Shown here: positions 24,627 to 37,069 of the stretch, one piece after another
Position numbering within the stretch: position 1 is the first letter of the stretch
How the letters are laid out: the number at the start of each line of letters is the position of its first letter
From: Zygnema circumcarinatum SAG 698-1b
Taxonomy: Eukaryota; Plantae; Zygnematophyceae
Assembly (NCBI GenBank): GCA_037447605.1
Contig: CM074806.1
Location: 1 to 64,000, forward strand
Length of the DNA stretch: 64,000 nt
Direction of reading: 5' to 3'
Program-made: the position numbers and the translations under genes
The notes under the pieces: generated by a model
The model's database searches: none
What the model saw: the letters and a program-made list of their open reading frames with translations, nothing else
What the model was told of the DNA's origin: nothing

Positions 24627-27600
24627 TCACCCATCCTCCGCCAGGTCGTTTTGCATGGGAACAGCCTCAGTTCCGTAGACTACAACCGGTGCATACTGCA
24701 ACCAATGATAAACGAATGAGAAGTGCGCACGCTGCTCTTTCCTCTTTCCTCCTCCTCCTATTCCTCTCCCGCGCTCTCCCTCCCTCTTCCTCGCCCTCCC
24801 TCTTCCTCGCCCTCATTGGCTCGTCCCTTCTCCTCCCTCCATCCATCTCCCTCCTCTCCCTCCATCCATCTCCCTCCTCTCCCTCCATGTCCGCCTCCCC
24901 CACTCCCGCCCTCTTCTCCCATCTCCCCTCTATCGTTTGACTCAATAACGCTCCTCACATGACTTAAGTCCAATGTGACATTCGTGATTCCCATGACAGT
25001 GGACCATGACTCAACCATGCAAGCAGGCCCGCTCACAGAAACCGCCTCAGAACTGGACAATACGAATGCGACATGGGATGCGCGGCAGCAATTTAGGGTG
25101 ACAAAAGAAAAATTCAAAAACGTTTTTCTCACCTCGTCGTCCTCGTCATGGCCGCCGTCCGCGAAGGCCCAGCCCGCCGCGTCCTCCAGAAGGCTCTTCA
25201 AGCGCTTCGACTGCAGAATACGGGGCCAGTAGATGCATGCCACCTGTCAGATTGTCCTTTGCTCAACTGCTCTTGCCGCGCCAATGGCCGGCACGGCCCT
25301 CCCCGTCGCGGGAAAGCAAAGCGGACAAAGCGGGGGACTTCCGTGTCACCTGTTCTGCCAGGTCGGCGTCCAGCTGGCGAGCTTCTCTCAGCATGCTGAA
25401 CCAATCCTGCGCCGCCACGCGCCCCCCGCTTTTTCAGGGAAAGAACAAAACATCCCCGCCGAGGCGCAGCGCACAGCCTGGGGCCCGCCATGCGGAAGAA
25501 GAGTCCGTACCGAAAAGAGGGCCCGCAAGAAGTTGTCGTCTGCGAGCCAGGCGGAGGCCGCCAGAGCGTCCAAGTTTCCGTTGCTTTCACCTGGGCGGCG
25601 GTCCGCCCGCAGGCCGTACAGGAGCTGCGCGCGGAGCACTCGGAGCCACTGCGCGCCGCCGGGGGGGGACTTCAGGGGACTTCAGGGGGACTTCAGGGGA
25701 CTTCAGGGGACCGGACAGTCACCCGCCCCGCGCAGGCAGTGCTTGGATCGGCCAACGCTCGGTTCCGCAACGATAGCGGCAGCAGTCAAAAATAAAAACG
25801 TGAGGCAGCTTTCTGGGGCTATACTCTTCGGGCAGCGCACCTTGATGAAAAGCTTCGTCCGAGTACGAAGTGGCTGCAAGGCAAAAGGACATTGGAAAAG
25901 GCCATAAATGGGCAGCCCAAGCATAGGGGTACTCCACATTTTCGCACCAACAAAACAAAATCAATAAAAAATAAGGATGGGGTATTCACCGCTTCATAGC
26001 AACCGCCCATGAGGTGAATGATGCTCTTCCATTGGCTGAATGATTCAAGGGATTGACCCATCTGAAAAAATGAATCCACAGATCCAGAAAAATGCAGTTG
26101 CTTTACCTTAACTAGCGTTAGTCAACTGGTAAATACGATAACATCTCCACGCAAACGTGTACAAAATGTCTTCTACAGCCTTCTTTAGATGATCTTGCAA
26201 AAGGCCAAAACAATCTGTCAGCAAAAAGGCACGAGTCCCTGCAAGAGGCCCCGAAGGACGCGGACAGGCTCACCAAAAACGCGACGAAGGCAAACTGCAG
26301 TTCGCCCAGAAGGGCCTCCTCCCTGCCGCCGTACTGCTCCAGCAAAAACTTCTCCAAAACTTCCGTCTGCAAACCAAAACACGTAAACAAGGACAAAGCT
26401 GATCAACGAAGGACTCGCTCTTGCAGACCTCCAACGCCCACTCGCTCACCGAGAGTTACGCCAACTTCCCCTTTCTCTCCTCCCTCCGCTTTCACTTCCT
26501 CCTACTCTCCCTCCACCTTTCCTGCTCCCATGTCCCCAGCCCCCTACCCTACCTCCCCAATCCTCCTCCCTTCCCATCTTACCCTCCCTCTCCTTCCTCT
26601 CTCCCCTCTCCATAACTCTCCCCCTACTTCCTCCAAACCCTACAATTCAATTCCCACCTTATCCATGTTCAGAGCAGTCAGTTCTGTAGCGGACATTCCC
26701 TTCAACTTCACGAGCCGCGGTACCTCCGTATAAAAGCATCGCCCTATCTTTTTCTTCTTGTCTTTGTCCCTCAGGCTTCCTTCATTCAGCAGATCTCCTC
26801 TGTCCATGTCTAAGTCTTTCGGAATTTCTATCGTTTCTGGACTTTCTAAGGTCGTCGTGGTTTCTCCTCGTCCCATCCCTCCGTCAACTTCTCCCTCCAT
26901 CCTCTCTGCGATACTACCAAGTGGTGTTGAGCCTGGCAGAAGTGATGTTGCCGGCACATTAATGTCGGACCTTGAAGCGGACGATGATGATGATGCAGTG
27001 GGGGGCGCACCATCGGGAGGAGGTGCGTCCGCGGGAGATGAGTTTTGCGGCATCCATTTTTTGCGCATTTCCATGAGATGCTCTTTTAGGCGCTTTTCCG
27101 CTCCGGTCGGAGGGAGCAGCTCCGCGATTTCACCTTCGGCGGTCACGCTGACGTCACCGCCGACAGGCTCTGCACCAGACATCGCTGAAAAGCTCAAAAG
27201 GTCCGGAAAGCCCTACCAGTCCCAAACGTTTAAAACACTGAAAATCATCAAACCTGCAAATGCGCACATATATATACTAATCCTACGTCCGGAAAACCGC
27301 CAAATTTCTAAAGACTGTGTGAGCTCCAAAATGTTCCCTTGATACAATTTGCAGCCAACAAGGCAAAGTATATAGTACATAACATGAAGTACAAAACACA
27401 TAGTTCACTCACCATGACGTTCAATAACGGAAGGTGTGATGTAACTTGCCAACCGCTGCCATGCCTTCATATTGTGAATATTGTATGGCCCCAAATACGC
27501 ATCAAATTCGAACTTCCTCACCGCTAATACGAGGCGGGCCGTCTACAGGAAGCAAGGAACGCACTGAACAGTATTCAGAGATGGTTGATGGGCATTAAGC

Positions 27601-28891
27601 TGTGGGGGAGGGAGTGGGGGGGACAGGGTCGGGAGGGACGCAGAGAGAGAAAGAGGACAAAGTGAGGGATAGAAAAAAAAAGAGGGGGGTGAGAGCTGGT
27701 GAGTAAGCAACTATCTCACCTGCTCACTGTCCTCCAAAGGCAGCAATCGCTCTTCATGCAGGCTCCACTGTCGGACCACAACCTGCAAAAGGGACGTTTT
27801 CTCTCTCGAATAATCCTCCACTGAAGCTGAGAACAAGCAAAATAAAATCCTACAGTTTCCATGCGAAAAAACGAGACAGGTCGATATCCGCCTATCCGCC
27901 TATAATGCGTACACACTCATTTAACGGTGCAAGAAAAGAGGTATACTATCCTCTTGGGCAAACCCTTGGTGTTTAGCATGTGAGACAACCTGCGCGGATT
28001 GGAGATGCACGAAAAAGCCTATGATTGGAGCAACGTCAGATCCCTCCCTGAGGAATAAACAAATTGACAACATGAGCACTTTCTCAATTTCGGGTCGATA
28101 AGCCCGTGTAAGAACGAGAATTATTAACAAGGGAAAAAAATAAAAGGGGCCCCAATAGAAACAATGAACTTTCGAGCAAAAATAAGAACGTTATCAAGTA
28201 GCGGCAAAACTTACTTGCTCGCCGCACAATAGTACACAAAGTGAGTGCCTGGAGGAATCATTTTAAATCCATTAAACTTTGGTCCTGCAACAAACATCTG
28301 CCACCCTGTAAAATTTGTGAGGCAAGAGACATCGACGACAGACATAAACTTCAAGAACCCTGAATCTGCTAAGGTAACCCAAACGCGTATTCAACATTTG
28401 CGCTCGCTCAAAATCCTTACCTTTATCCTTACCCTTTCTTTAATTCCCCCCTTAATTTACTCTAAATTTTTCTGTGACACTGACCGGCCATAATCCTCAG
28501 GCTGATTCTGACATGATCGTTGGTTGACTTGAACTTTAGCCTTGACTCTTGAAACTAGGTTCGCCAAAGAAATCAACCTAAATTCCACGTTCTCGAAAAA
28601 GGCAGTGCATCCAAACGTAGAGATCAAAAGCCAGACCACGAGCCTTATCCATTAATCTCCAGAAGCTTTGAAATCCCTTCAGGTCTTCAGGTGTAAGACC
28701 CAAAACATCGACCGAAAAAAAACGAGTTTCAGCTCCCAAACGCCTGCTTGGTTGGACGAATAGTTTGAAGTTCAGAAACAAAAGAATGGAGTTACCTGCT
28801 GATCGATGCCGACGTGGGTATTAAGGGGCACGTCGAGGAGGAGCAGAGTGCCCCCCTGCTCTGCCAGCTGGCGTGCGCTGTCTGGATCCAT
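24627..28891 (-). CDS. AAR2: AAR2 homolog (U5 snRNP/Prp8 assembly factor)
   Basis: Segments MDPDSARQLAEQGGTLLLLDVPLNTHVGIDQQ, APIIGFFV, EPVGGDVSV, CFYTEVPRLVKLKG, YGGREEALLGELQFAFVAFL, MGQSLESFSQWK and GWAFADGGHDEDDE/YAPVVV..G*. Confidence 0.93.
25662..25712. repeat. (GGGGACTTCA)4 minisatellite in an AAR2 intron
   Basis: ggggacttca repeated four times in tandem, with variation in G-run length. Confidence 0.85.
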
Positions 28892-29007
28892 GGATACTCA
28901 AGAGCAGCTTCCGAGCTGCCTGACGGGGGGCGGATGTGGACTAACGTTCTGGTCAGGTTGAGGGACTGAGAATCAGGGCTTGGCTTTGGCGTTAGGGCTA
29001 AAGGATC

Positions 29008-29025
29008 AGGGTTAGGGTTAGGGTT
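29008..29025 (-). promoter_or_regulatory. Telo-box-like (ACCCTA)n motif upstream of AAR2
   Basis: The minus strand reads aaccctaaccctaaccct about 120 bp upstream of the ATG. Similar motifs lie at 34921 (before TCP) and ~44963 (before EamA). Telo-boxes are known in plant housekeeping promoters. Confidence 0.45.
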
Positions 29026-30334
29026 GAGGCTATGAATGCTCGCGCTCTCGGGGCGGGCCGGTCGTCTGCATCTGCCTGTGCACTTCTTTACCGTACCGAT
29101 CACGAAGGAGTGGACGCTGCCAGTCGGGTAGATAACTAGAGATGCGACACGGTCTACCAATTTACTTTCAAAAAAAAAAGTGGGTTGATTTCACTTTCCG
29201 TTGCTGTGGTTTACTGTGCTTGAGTTTGGGCGCAATTGAGGAGAATGTGATTCTGCTGCACAGAGACACACTTGTGTTGGGTCCGAGTAGGGGGATTAGG
29301 GGGAAGGGAGGAGTACGAAGGGAGCTGTTTCTCCGAACTCTCAGTCCGTACTAGGTTTCTTCTGTGATTGGCCCTTGGGTCGTTGGATCTGGGATGGTTC
29401 CTCGAGAAGATGTCAGTTTGGTGAGGATGCAGGAAATTTGGAGGATCCCGTGCAAACGGAGGCAAAGGTGAAAAGCACGCCTTGCTTCCTTCGAGATTTT
29501 AACTACGGTATATCACTTCAGGGTCACTTGTTCAACCAAACAAGGTCAATTTTCGTTTTACCATAAAGAACATCGGACGAGGTCAGGGGGAGGAAGAAGG
29601 AGAAGGGGAGGCAGAGAGGGAGAGGCAGGCGCATGTAGGGGCAGAGGAGTCAAAGTAGAAGGCTTCACGTCGTTGGAAACAGCCAAGATTGTCCAAAATC
29701 ACACGTATTTCGGTCCTCGCAGAAGAGATAGAAAATCAATCCTCGTAATGTAATCTCCTCCTGCAACGAAGGACGGAAAGGGATAGCATCTCCACTGTGA
29801 AACCTTTTGGTACCGAGGAGCGTCTCACAACCGTGACTGTAACCTCGAGCTGCAGCACCCTAACTGCTGCGAGCTGCTTCATTGTTCTATTAATAGCGTC
29901 AGGATGTACTCTCGGCCACAGGTGAAACCCATCTCCTGAAGTCTCATCCTTCCCGTCACATGTGACTGCAAACATCACTGCCAAGACGGCCTGAGCCTTG
30001 AAATCTGCGAAGCGGATGGCTCTGTCCAGAACGCTTTGACGGGTTGTGGTTCATCGCTCCACAGTCGGCGAGACATCCGCAGTTCTGGCGGAGAGGAGGG
30101 AGGGGAGCCGGCAAGGGCACAGTCCGCCCTGTCTCGGTGCATCACCTTCATCTCCGCCGTTCACCAGCAGGTACGCATAAAGTGGAACCCATGGAATGCA
30201 ATCAAATTACACCTAATTCCAATAAACCTTAAAAGGGGAAAGAAATTGGGCGACCTGTGCAGCTCCCTCCAGTAAGCATTGAACAGTAAAAACACATCGC
30301 CTTCGGACAATAAGATGAACGAACAGGTGTGTGC

Positions 30335-32714
30335 CTATATCTCAACGCCATGTGCCCGAAGGTCCCTTTCCAACTGACAGGCGTCCTGGAAAATCACTCC
30401 TTTCATGCCGATCGCACACGCAGCCTCCACGTTCACAGGCCTGCGAAACCTCAACCCTCACAACATTATCGCACATTCCACCTCTCCACTACAGATTCCG
30501 GCATCCTCTTTCCATGGACCTAATCATCCAAATGCTTCTTGCCTGCCACCAGAGAGGCAAACATAATGGTGAAGCATAAAGGGAAAGTGGCAGTTTTAAG
30601 TTTACCTGTCATCGACAAATATGCAGTCTTCCGGCTGAACATTTAGATGTTGTGCTGCTTCAACGTATATCGCCTTGTCTGGCTTCCGCTTACCTGCGAA
30701 AGGATTCAACAGGAACATTGCATGCATTAAGGGGGACCTCAGGGACGTCGTTTTTTACTTCACAGACATACATGCTGGTCTATGCTGGAAGTTTCTCACC
30801 AAGAAAAAATAGAGCAAAGAAGCAAACTCATCGTGGCCTTCCCTCGATGCCAATTACCACCAGTACTGTGAATAGCTTCTGGGATGATGCGAGGACCTTA
30901 CCGACATGGCAGGACACAAAGGTCCAAGGCAAGTACTGCGACAAGTTCAGTTTGTCCTCTATCATCTGATACCTGCGACAGGCCATGGCTCGAGGAATGT
31001 CATCCAACCCGAAACCGTCTGGGATGCTTAAAAGTTTCTCCAAATTCAGACTTAGCAAACAGTGTTTATAGAGGCAAGACAAGCCACAGACAAGTTCGCG
31101 CTCATAGTTCACGCTTCTCAAATAGCTGCAAGTACTTTGCACATGAAAACACGATAGCGAGTCTCGGAAGAGCATTGATCATATGACGTTTCACGCAAAG
31201 TAGGAGTACGAAACACATGACAAGCTGCGCCTAAATGCTTGGGAGCGGACACGTGGACATGTTTCAACGCGTTCAGAACACAAGACCAGTTAAGTGCCAT
31301 CTTCTGCACACGGTGTAAACGATCCCCGTAAACTCACACAACCTCAAGAGACCCATGCTTCGGATAGACGTAAGCTACATCCAAAAGTTGCACTAATCGT
31401 GGCAGCAATTTAAATGCGTGGGAAGCATTAATCCGGCGAGTATTAGTTCCGATGAATAGTTAGGCTCCCCTCACCATTTTCCAATAATTGTTCCACAACC
31501 TAAAAATATTGCGCTTCCCAATCCATGAAGACTCATGCAATCATTCGTCCTGACAAGGGAGATACGGTTAGAAGGGACCTTAGTGGGGCACGACGACTTA
31601 CCAGCAAGGGTAATTGGTGAAGGCATGTAAGGAATAACCACGTGAACTCAATCTCGTTAAAAGATCTTCAATGCCATCCAAGTAACGGTAACCATCCGTC
31701 ATGCACTGTTTGAGACCTGGAATTTAGAAAAGGATGCAACAAAAAGTGTGAATGAGGAAAGTGAGCAACTTGGCATCATCCCGGGGCATGCAACGCGAGC
31801 AGAATATAAATGGGGAGTAGCGCACCGTGACAATCGAATTCTCGGCCGTCTGCAAAGAATTTAGCGATCAGCTCCGCCTCTGTCAGGTGTCCCGTTTCAA
31901 ATTCCACCCAAGCTGTCGGATGCTTCTGGCGAAGGAGCTCTGGCATCGTAAGCCTGCCCTGCCGCATGAGGCGAGAGCAAAGGCGAGCAGCATTGTCATT
32001 ACCGTCCAACCGGTGCAGGTGGCATTCTAACAGCATCAATGAGAGGGGCGAGGATTCCATCTGACAAAACTGACCGAATAGGAAGTCTCGTTCCAAACAA
32101 CAGTGGTACGCTCGTGTCGTCCTTGCGGGAGCCATTCAGATAAAAAACTCAAAAACATTTAAATTCAGCATTGAGTGGTTCAAATACTCAAATTCACGAG
32201 TAGAGTTAAATCTGCCCGAGCCTCACCCAAAGAACTGTGGTATGTCTTCATGGAACGGGTCTCGCACGAGGGTTCCCATCACATCGAGCAGCAGCACCGG
32301 GCGCTGCGGAGGTGGCCATGGCCTCGCGTCCATGGCGGCTACGGGTGATGAACGCTGTCGAACGGCCTCCGAGTCAAAGCGCCGTGACGGCCATGCTGTG
32401 CCCCTTCCCCTTGACAAACAATGTGACCCAATTCGCCGAAGAATCCTGGGATCCTCGCAAACTGCAGAAAGCCCAGAAATCCCTACGGGCTGCTTGAGGT
32501 GCTCCTTAAAAACTGCAACGGAGTGGAGAAAGCAGCCCTCAGTGTAGGGCAGGAACCGGGAGGAGGGAGCCGGCACGGTGAGAGGGCTGCACCGCGGCCC
32601 GGCCGTAGGCGGGGCGGGCAGCGGGCGGCGGGGAAGCGGAAGGGGAAGGGGAAGAGCACGTGGCGCGTGCAGGCGAGGGCCAGGTGGCACGCGCGCGAGC
32701 AGCGCCCCCCCCAT
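30335..32714 (-). CDS. FHY1: HAD-superfamily flavin mononucleotide hydrolase FHY1-like, probably plastid-targeted
   Basis: Segments RPVLLLDVMGTLVRDPFHEDIPQFFG (HAD motif I), KHPTAWVEFETG..FFADGREFD, YQMIEDKLNLSQYLPWTFVSC, GKRKPDKAIY..DCIFVDDR (motifs III/IV) and NVEAACAIGMKGVIF..EI*. The start codon at 32714 is tentative. Confidence 0.9.
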
Positions 32715-32969
32715 TCCCCCCCTCCGCTCGAGTCGAGGGCAGGGCCGCGGCCCGCGCCAGGCAGAGGAAGCGAGGGAGGGAGGGTCGCATCGTATCGTAT
32801 CGCATCTCAACATTTCTGAATGTGTCGATATATCGTGAGGGAGGGGCAGTTTGCCATGCGGGGATTGAGAGCAACATGACATGACATGACATGACATGAC
32901 ATGACATGCGATTGGCTGCTGAACAGTAGGCAGGCACGTCATGGATACATGCATGACATGGAGGAAAAT

Positions 32970-33100
32970 GTGGCATTGATCTGACGATGGCGATGAGGCC
33001 ATCAAATGTACATGGACAGAATCATCATGGGGGAACCACGAGAAACTGGTCGCAAAGGACCTAAGGACAAAAGAAAAACGCTAGGAGCGGAAAGCTCGTC
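32970..33100 (-). repeat. Dispersed ~200-bp repeat, copy 2 (partial, inverted)
   Basis: The minus strand reads ttccgctcctagcgtttttcttttgtccttaggtcctttgcgacc..ctcgtggttcc..gtccatgtacatttgatggcctcatcgccatcg. Confidence 0.8.
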
Positions 33101-33225
33101 GACTGCTGGTTTGGGCGCGTAGCGCACACGCAGCACGTGGCTGCTCGCGTCACCGTTCGCCGCTGCTCGCCGGCTCGACCGCTTCGCCGTGACCCCGCCG
33201 TGCCAGGCAGACTAGCCAGCCTAGC

Positions 33226-34153
33226 CGCTCTGTAGGGGGTGTATGCAAACGAAACTGACGGAAGTACTGAGCCGCAGCAGGATCGCGGTGTCACCGGAGG
33301 GAGTACTGTACTCGTTCTCGCCTCAAACTCACGAACACCGTTCAAGTCCGCCACCCCCCCGTTCTCGAGAGGCGCGTTGCTATGCGATTACGAGATTTTT
33401 GTATGCCGGTATTCACCGTTCGTCACCTCCCGTGTGGGAAATCGAGTACAAGGAAATCATTTTCCAAATTAGCTTCGAACAACAACTTCCAAAATCAAGC
33501 TGATCAAATGTTAAGCTTCAACATTGATTCAGATTCTTGTTGGTGCATGGACAGGTGTGGGAAGCTGATCTTCAAGTCGAGCACGACTTATGGCCCCTTT
33601 GTGAGGCCAAGCAATAAAGATAGGTGTTAGATAATAAAGTTATTTTCTTTCGTTTACAATCTGAAGACGTACCGACTGCCCATACGAAGGCGCGTCAGCC
33701 TGCTGCCTCCTGCTTGTGCAGCGGGGAAGGCGACCGAAAGGACTCCCACGGGCTGCATGACTACAAGGCCGAATTCCGGGAAACAAATAGACATTTTTTG
33801 GCATTGTTGTTTCATGCAAAAGACTATAAGAATATAAGACTTGAGATTCTCCACAATTCACGGATGGAGCCAAGTGCACCACTGCAGCCTTCCAGTAGAG
33901 AATGGGCCTTGGAACCAGTCCGTGGGTCCTCTCGTGGCCAGACATTTGGACACCGTCACAATTGCATCGATTGAATTGCGGAAATTAATACGCAAATCGG
34001 GCAATCGAGTAAGCAACCATGGGCCAACCATTGTGCTATTCAGTTTCTGCAACCATGTTCTGTTCGAACCATTGGCAATGGTTGCCAGCCATTGGTACCC
34101 AATGGTTGCAACCATCGCCAACGGCTGGCTGGGCCGCACCCCCGCACAGAGCG
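33226..34153. mobile_element. Putative degenerate non-autonomous DNA element
   Basis: Imperfect inverted ends cgctctgtagggggtg (33226) and cacccccgcacagagcg (34137). Its left arm and its CAACCATTG array are also found at 12960-13045 and 13610-13735. No TSD was found. Confidence 0.4.
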
Positions 34154-35209
34154 CACAGACCCTCCGACAGACGCGCTCCACGTGGCGGCGCGGGGGCGCT
34201 CGGCCGCCCGCCCGCCCGCGGCGCCGCGCAGCGACGGCCGCCTGCGCGCGCGAGCCCGCCGCCGCCGCCCCGGCGCGCGGCCCGTTCGCCACTCCGCGCG
34301 CGCCACGTCGTGCTCCGCGCGGGGGGGCGGACCGCTCGCCCGGACCACCTCGACGGCCCCCGTCCGCCCCCGCGCGCGGTATCGCTTCCGCCCCGCGCCG
34401 CCCCGCCTCGCCGCAAGCGCCAATACGGAGGCGGTACTCCGCGGGGGCGCGCGCGGGGCGGGGCGCCACCTCAGCGGCCAGGTCGGCTCCGCGCTGTCGG
34501 CCCGGAGATCGCACGGGGGAGGAGGGCCGCTCGATGGCGCCACGTGGCGGAGCTCGCCCCCGTGGTAGGTGGCCCTCCCACAATGTGGGAGGGCGGGGGC
34601 GGCGCCGCCCGGGACCGGGTCGGGCCGAAAAGAACGGGGGGGTGGGGAGGGGGACGGTCACCGCTACGGGCAGCGCCGGGCGGGCGAGGGAGCGAGCGAG
34701 GGAGGGAGGGAGGCAGGCAGGCAGGCAGGCAGGGGCTGCCTTACGGCCGGGGCGGGCCTAGGGCGGGGGCCGGTGACGAAGTGGCACGCACGTGGGAGGA
34801 GGGGGCCTGACTGGCGGGAACGGCCGGCTCGCGGGGACTGTGTAGGCGGAGGCCCGCTCCTCCGCGGCTCTCTCCGCTCACCTGTAAAGCTCTCGCGTCC
34901 CCAGACGCCTGTTCATGACTAAACCCTAACCTAAAGTAGAAAGGATACTGCTGCCCCCCGAAGCTGCTTCACGGGATTGGAGGAAGCAATGGGGTTGGCC
35001 GCTGCCCAGCTGGGAGCTCCAACGAGCTTCCGTGAGAGGCACATAGCGGAAGTCTCCGCGTATTTTCTTGGTGTTGCACCTGCTGTAGCAGTAGGGTAGT
35101 GGAAGCTAGCGGGGGTTTATTTTCTTGCTGCGGTTTGGGAAGAGCATCCCGGGGAAGTAGCGCAGGCAGCTCTAGGGCAACACATGCCGTCTCCACGGGC
35201 CAGGCGGCC

Positions 35210-37069
35210 ATGTCCGCGCAGCCCACTGTGTCACACTCCCACTCTGAAAGCCCTCCCACGTCACAGCAATCTCCTCTCCTGACCCTTTCTCACGCGCAAG
35301 CTCCTCTTTCTGAGAGCTCGGGTCCTGCATACAGCTTTCTGCCCGAGCAGGAGCAGGTAGGACACGTGGCAGCTGGAGAGACACCATCGCAGAGCAGGGT
35401 GCAGAGTCAGCAGTTGACACCACATAGCGAGGAGCAGCAGGCTACGTCGCAGAGGTCGCGCAAGCGGGAGCACCAGGCGGGGGTTGAGGGGGAAGGGGAG
35501 CTCGAGGCGCCTGCAGCAAAGCGGCAGCGCGGCGTGTCTACGGGCAGCAAGGACCGCCACAGCAAGGTACAGACACACTCGGGGCTCAGAGACCGGCGAG
35601 TGCGTCTCTCCGTTCCCGCTGCTCTCGCATTCTATGAAGTGCAGGACAGGCTGGGAGTGGAGCACCCCTCGGCCGCAGTAGAGTGGCTGCTGCACCACGC
35701 ATCCCACGCCATTGCAGATCTTCCTCCGCTGCCCCCTCGCCCGGGAGTGCCGCACTTCCCGCTGAGCCCCACAGGCCCGCGCCCAGCAGCCATGGGTCCG
35801 CCGCCCCCTCTGCCACTGCCAGCTCCTCCGAAACTCACCTCCTCAGCTCCCCTCTACCGACGTCCCGCTCAGGGAGGAGCCAGACCAGGAACATTTCCAA
35901 GTCCGGTGCACTACAGGTATGGAGCAGCTGTGGGAATGGGCTTCGGCATGGAAGCCGGGGCGAGCTACCCGGAAGAGATGACGGCGATTGGGGTCGGCAC
36001 AAGCCCGGGCGTGGGGGTCCACATGGCGGGCGTTGAGGCGCCATCTTACGTACTGCCGTTGGGCGGGGGAGATTCCTTCGATCCTCTTGGAAGCAGCTCC
36101 ACGCGGCAGGAGGCGAGGGCTAGGGCCCGGGAAAGGGCAAAGATGAGAACCACGGTCGGGAGAGAGAGCTTTCTTGATACCGACACCTATCCCTCTGAGC
36201 TTTTCCCATCTTTTCAGGGAAGTGTGCCCTATCGGCCTGCCATGCCGCATTTTCAAGCGCACAGCCACCCGCCTCCCAGGCGGCACATGTCGAGTTTGCA
36301 GCCCCAGCACATGCAGGCAGGCTACGTCATGCCTCCAAATGTGCTGCAGACGCACTCCACGCGGACCGGGGAAGAAGCAGGAGCGGTGGTCACGTCACCG
36401 CGGGGCCTCACATTGGAGCCCTCCTTGTACGGAGAAGCCCATTCCCCTCCCTCACCTCTTTCGCCGCTCTCCCCCGCTTTCTACTCCTCCAGCCTGGATA
36501 GTCTTGGCTACCAAGCGAGTCCGCAGATGCGGCCTTCACCTTCCGGGCCTCCCCATGGCTTTGAAGCACCCATGTCTGCTTTGGCCTATCCTCCTGCTCT
36601 GCCACCCCTCCCGCAACCTCCACGCACCTCCATTGCTGCAGGACTATCTGGTTATCCCCAAACGTTTTTCCCGCCTTTCCATCATCCCGGTCATCGAAGC
36701 GGAGCTCTTGGCCGGCCTCCTTCCGCGTCAGCGGCCTACCAGAGTTCCCCAGGAAGCGCAGCTTACGGGCGGGGGGAAGGAACCCACGGCCTGTACCCCC
36801 ATCTGCAGGCGTACGGAGGAGGAATCCCGTACCACCCGCCCCCCCCTCCCCAGGCGACGCAGTGGCACGAGCACGGGCACTACACGCCGGAGGAGATCAT
36901 GACGATGCTGCGCACGACCACGACCGCCACCGAGGCCGCATCCTCGCCCGGGTACGGCGGCCGCCACGTGTCCAGCCGAGCGCGCAGCGCGGGGGGGGAC
37001 GCCGCCGGCGCCGAGGAGGAGGCGGCGAAGCCGGACTCGTCTCGGCATCGCCGCTCCTCCTTTCGATAG
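35210..37069 (+). CDS. TCP: Class II (CIN-like) TCP transcription factor, intronless, with an R domain
   Basis: TCP domain [48 protein letters not shown], of the class [10 protein letters not shown] type. R-domain-like [16 protein letters not shown]. The single ORF is open from 35099, and the first in-frame ATG is at 35210. Confidence 0.95.
   Translation: MSAQPTVSHSHSESPPTSQQSPLLTLSHAQAPLSESSGPAYSFLPEQEQVGHVAAGETPSQSRVQSQQLTPHSEEQQATSQRSRKREHQAGVEGEGELEAPAAKRQRGVSTGSKDRHSKVQTHSGLRDRRVRLSVPAALAFYEVQDRLGVEHPSAAVEWLLHHASHAIADLPPLPPRPGVPHFPLSPTGPRPAAMGPPPPLPLPAPPKLTSSAPLYRRPAQGGARPGTFPSPVHYRYGAAVGMGFGMEAGASYPEEMTAIGVGTSPGVGVHMAGVEAPSYVLPLGGGDSFDPLGSSSTRQEARARARERAKMRTTVGRESFLDTDTYPSELFPSFQGSVPYRPAMPHFQAHSHPPPRRHMSSLQPQHMQAGYVMPPNVLQTHSTRTGEEAGAVVTSPRGLTLEPSLYGEAHSPPSPLSPLSPAFYSSSLDSLGYQASPQMRPSPSGPPHGFEAPMSALAYPPALPPLPQPPRTSIAAGLSGYPQTFFPPFHHPGHRSGALGRPPSASAAYQSSPGSAAYGRGEGTHGLYPHLQAYGGGIPYHPPPPPQATQWHEHGHYTPEEIMTMLRTTTTATEAASSPGYGGRHVSSRARSAGGDAAGAEEEAAKPDSSRHRRSSFR

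Noticed and set aside
33841-34922. Overlapping 120-300 aa Arg/Ala/Gly/Pro-rich ORFs on both strands
   Set aside because: Expected from stop-codon depletion in an extremely GC-rich island; no domain is recognisable.
35210-37069. miR319 target site in TCP
   Set aside because: No sequence resembling the conserved GGGGACCCTTCAGTCC site was found by eye.
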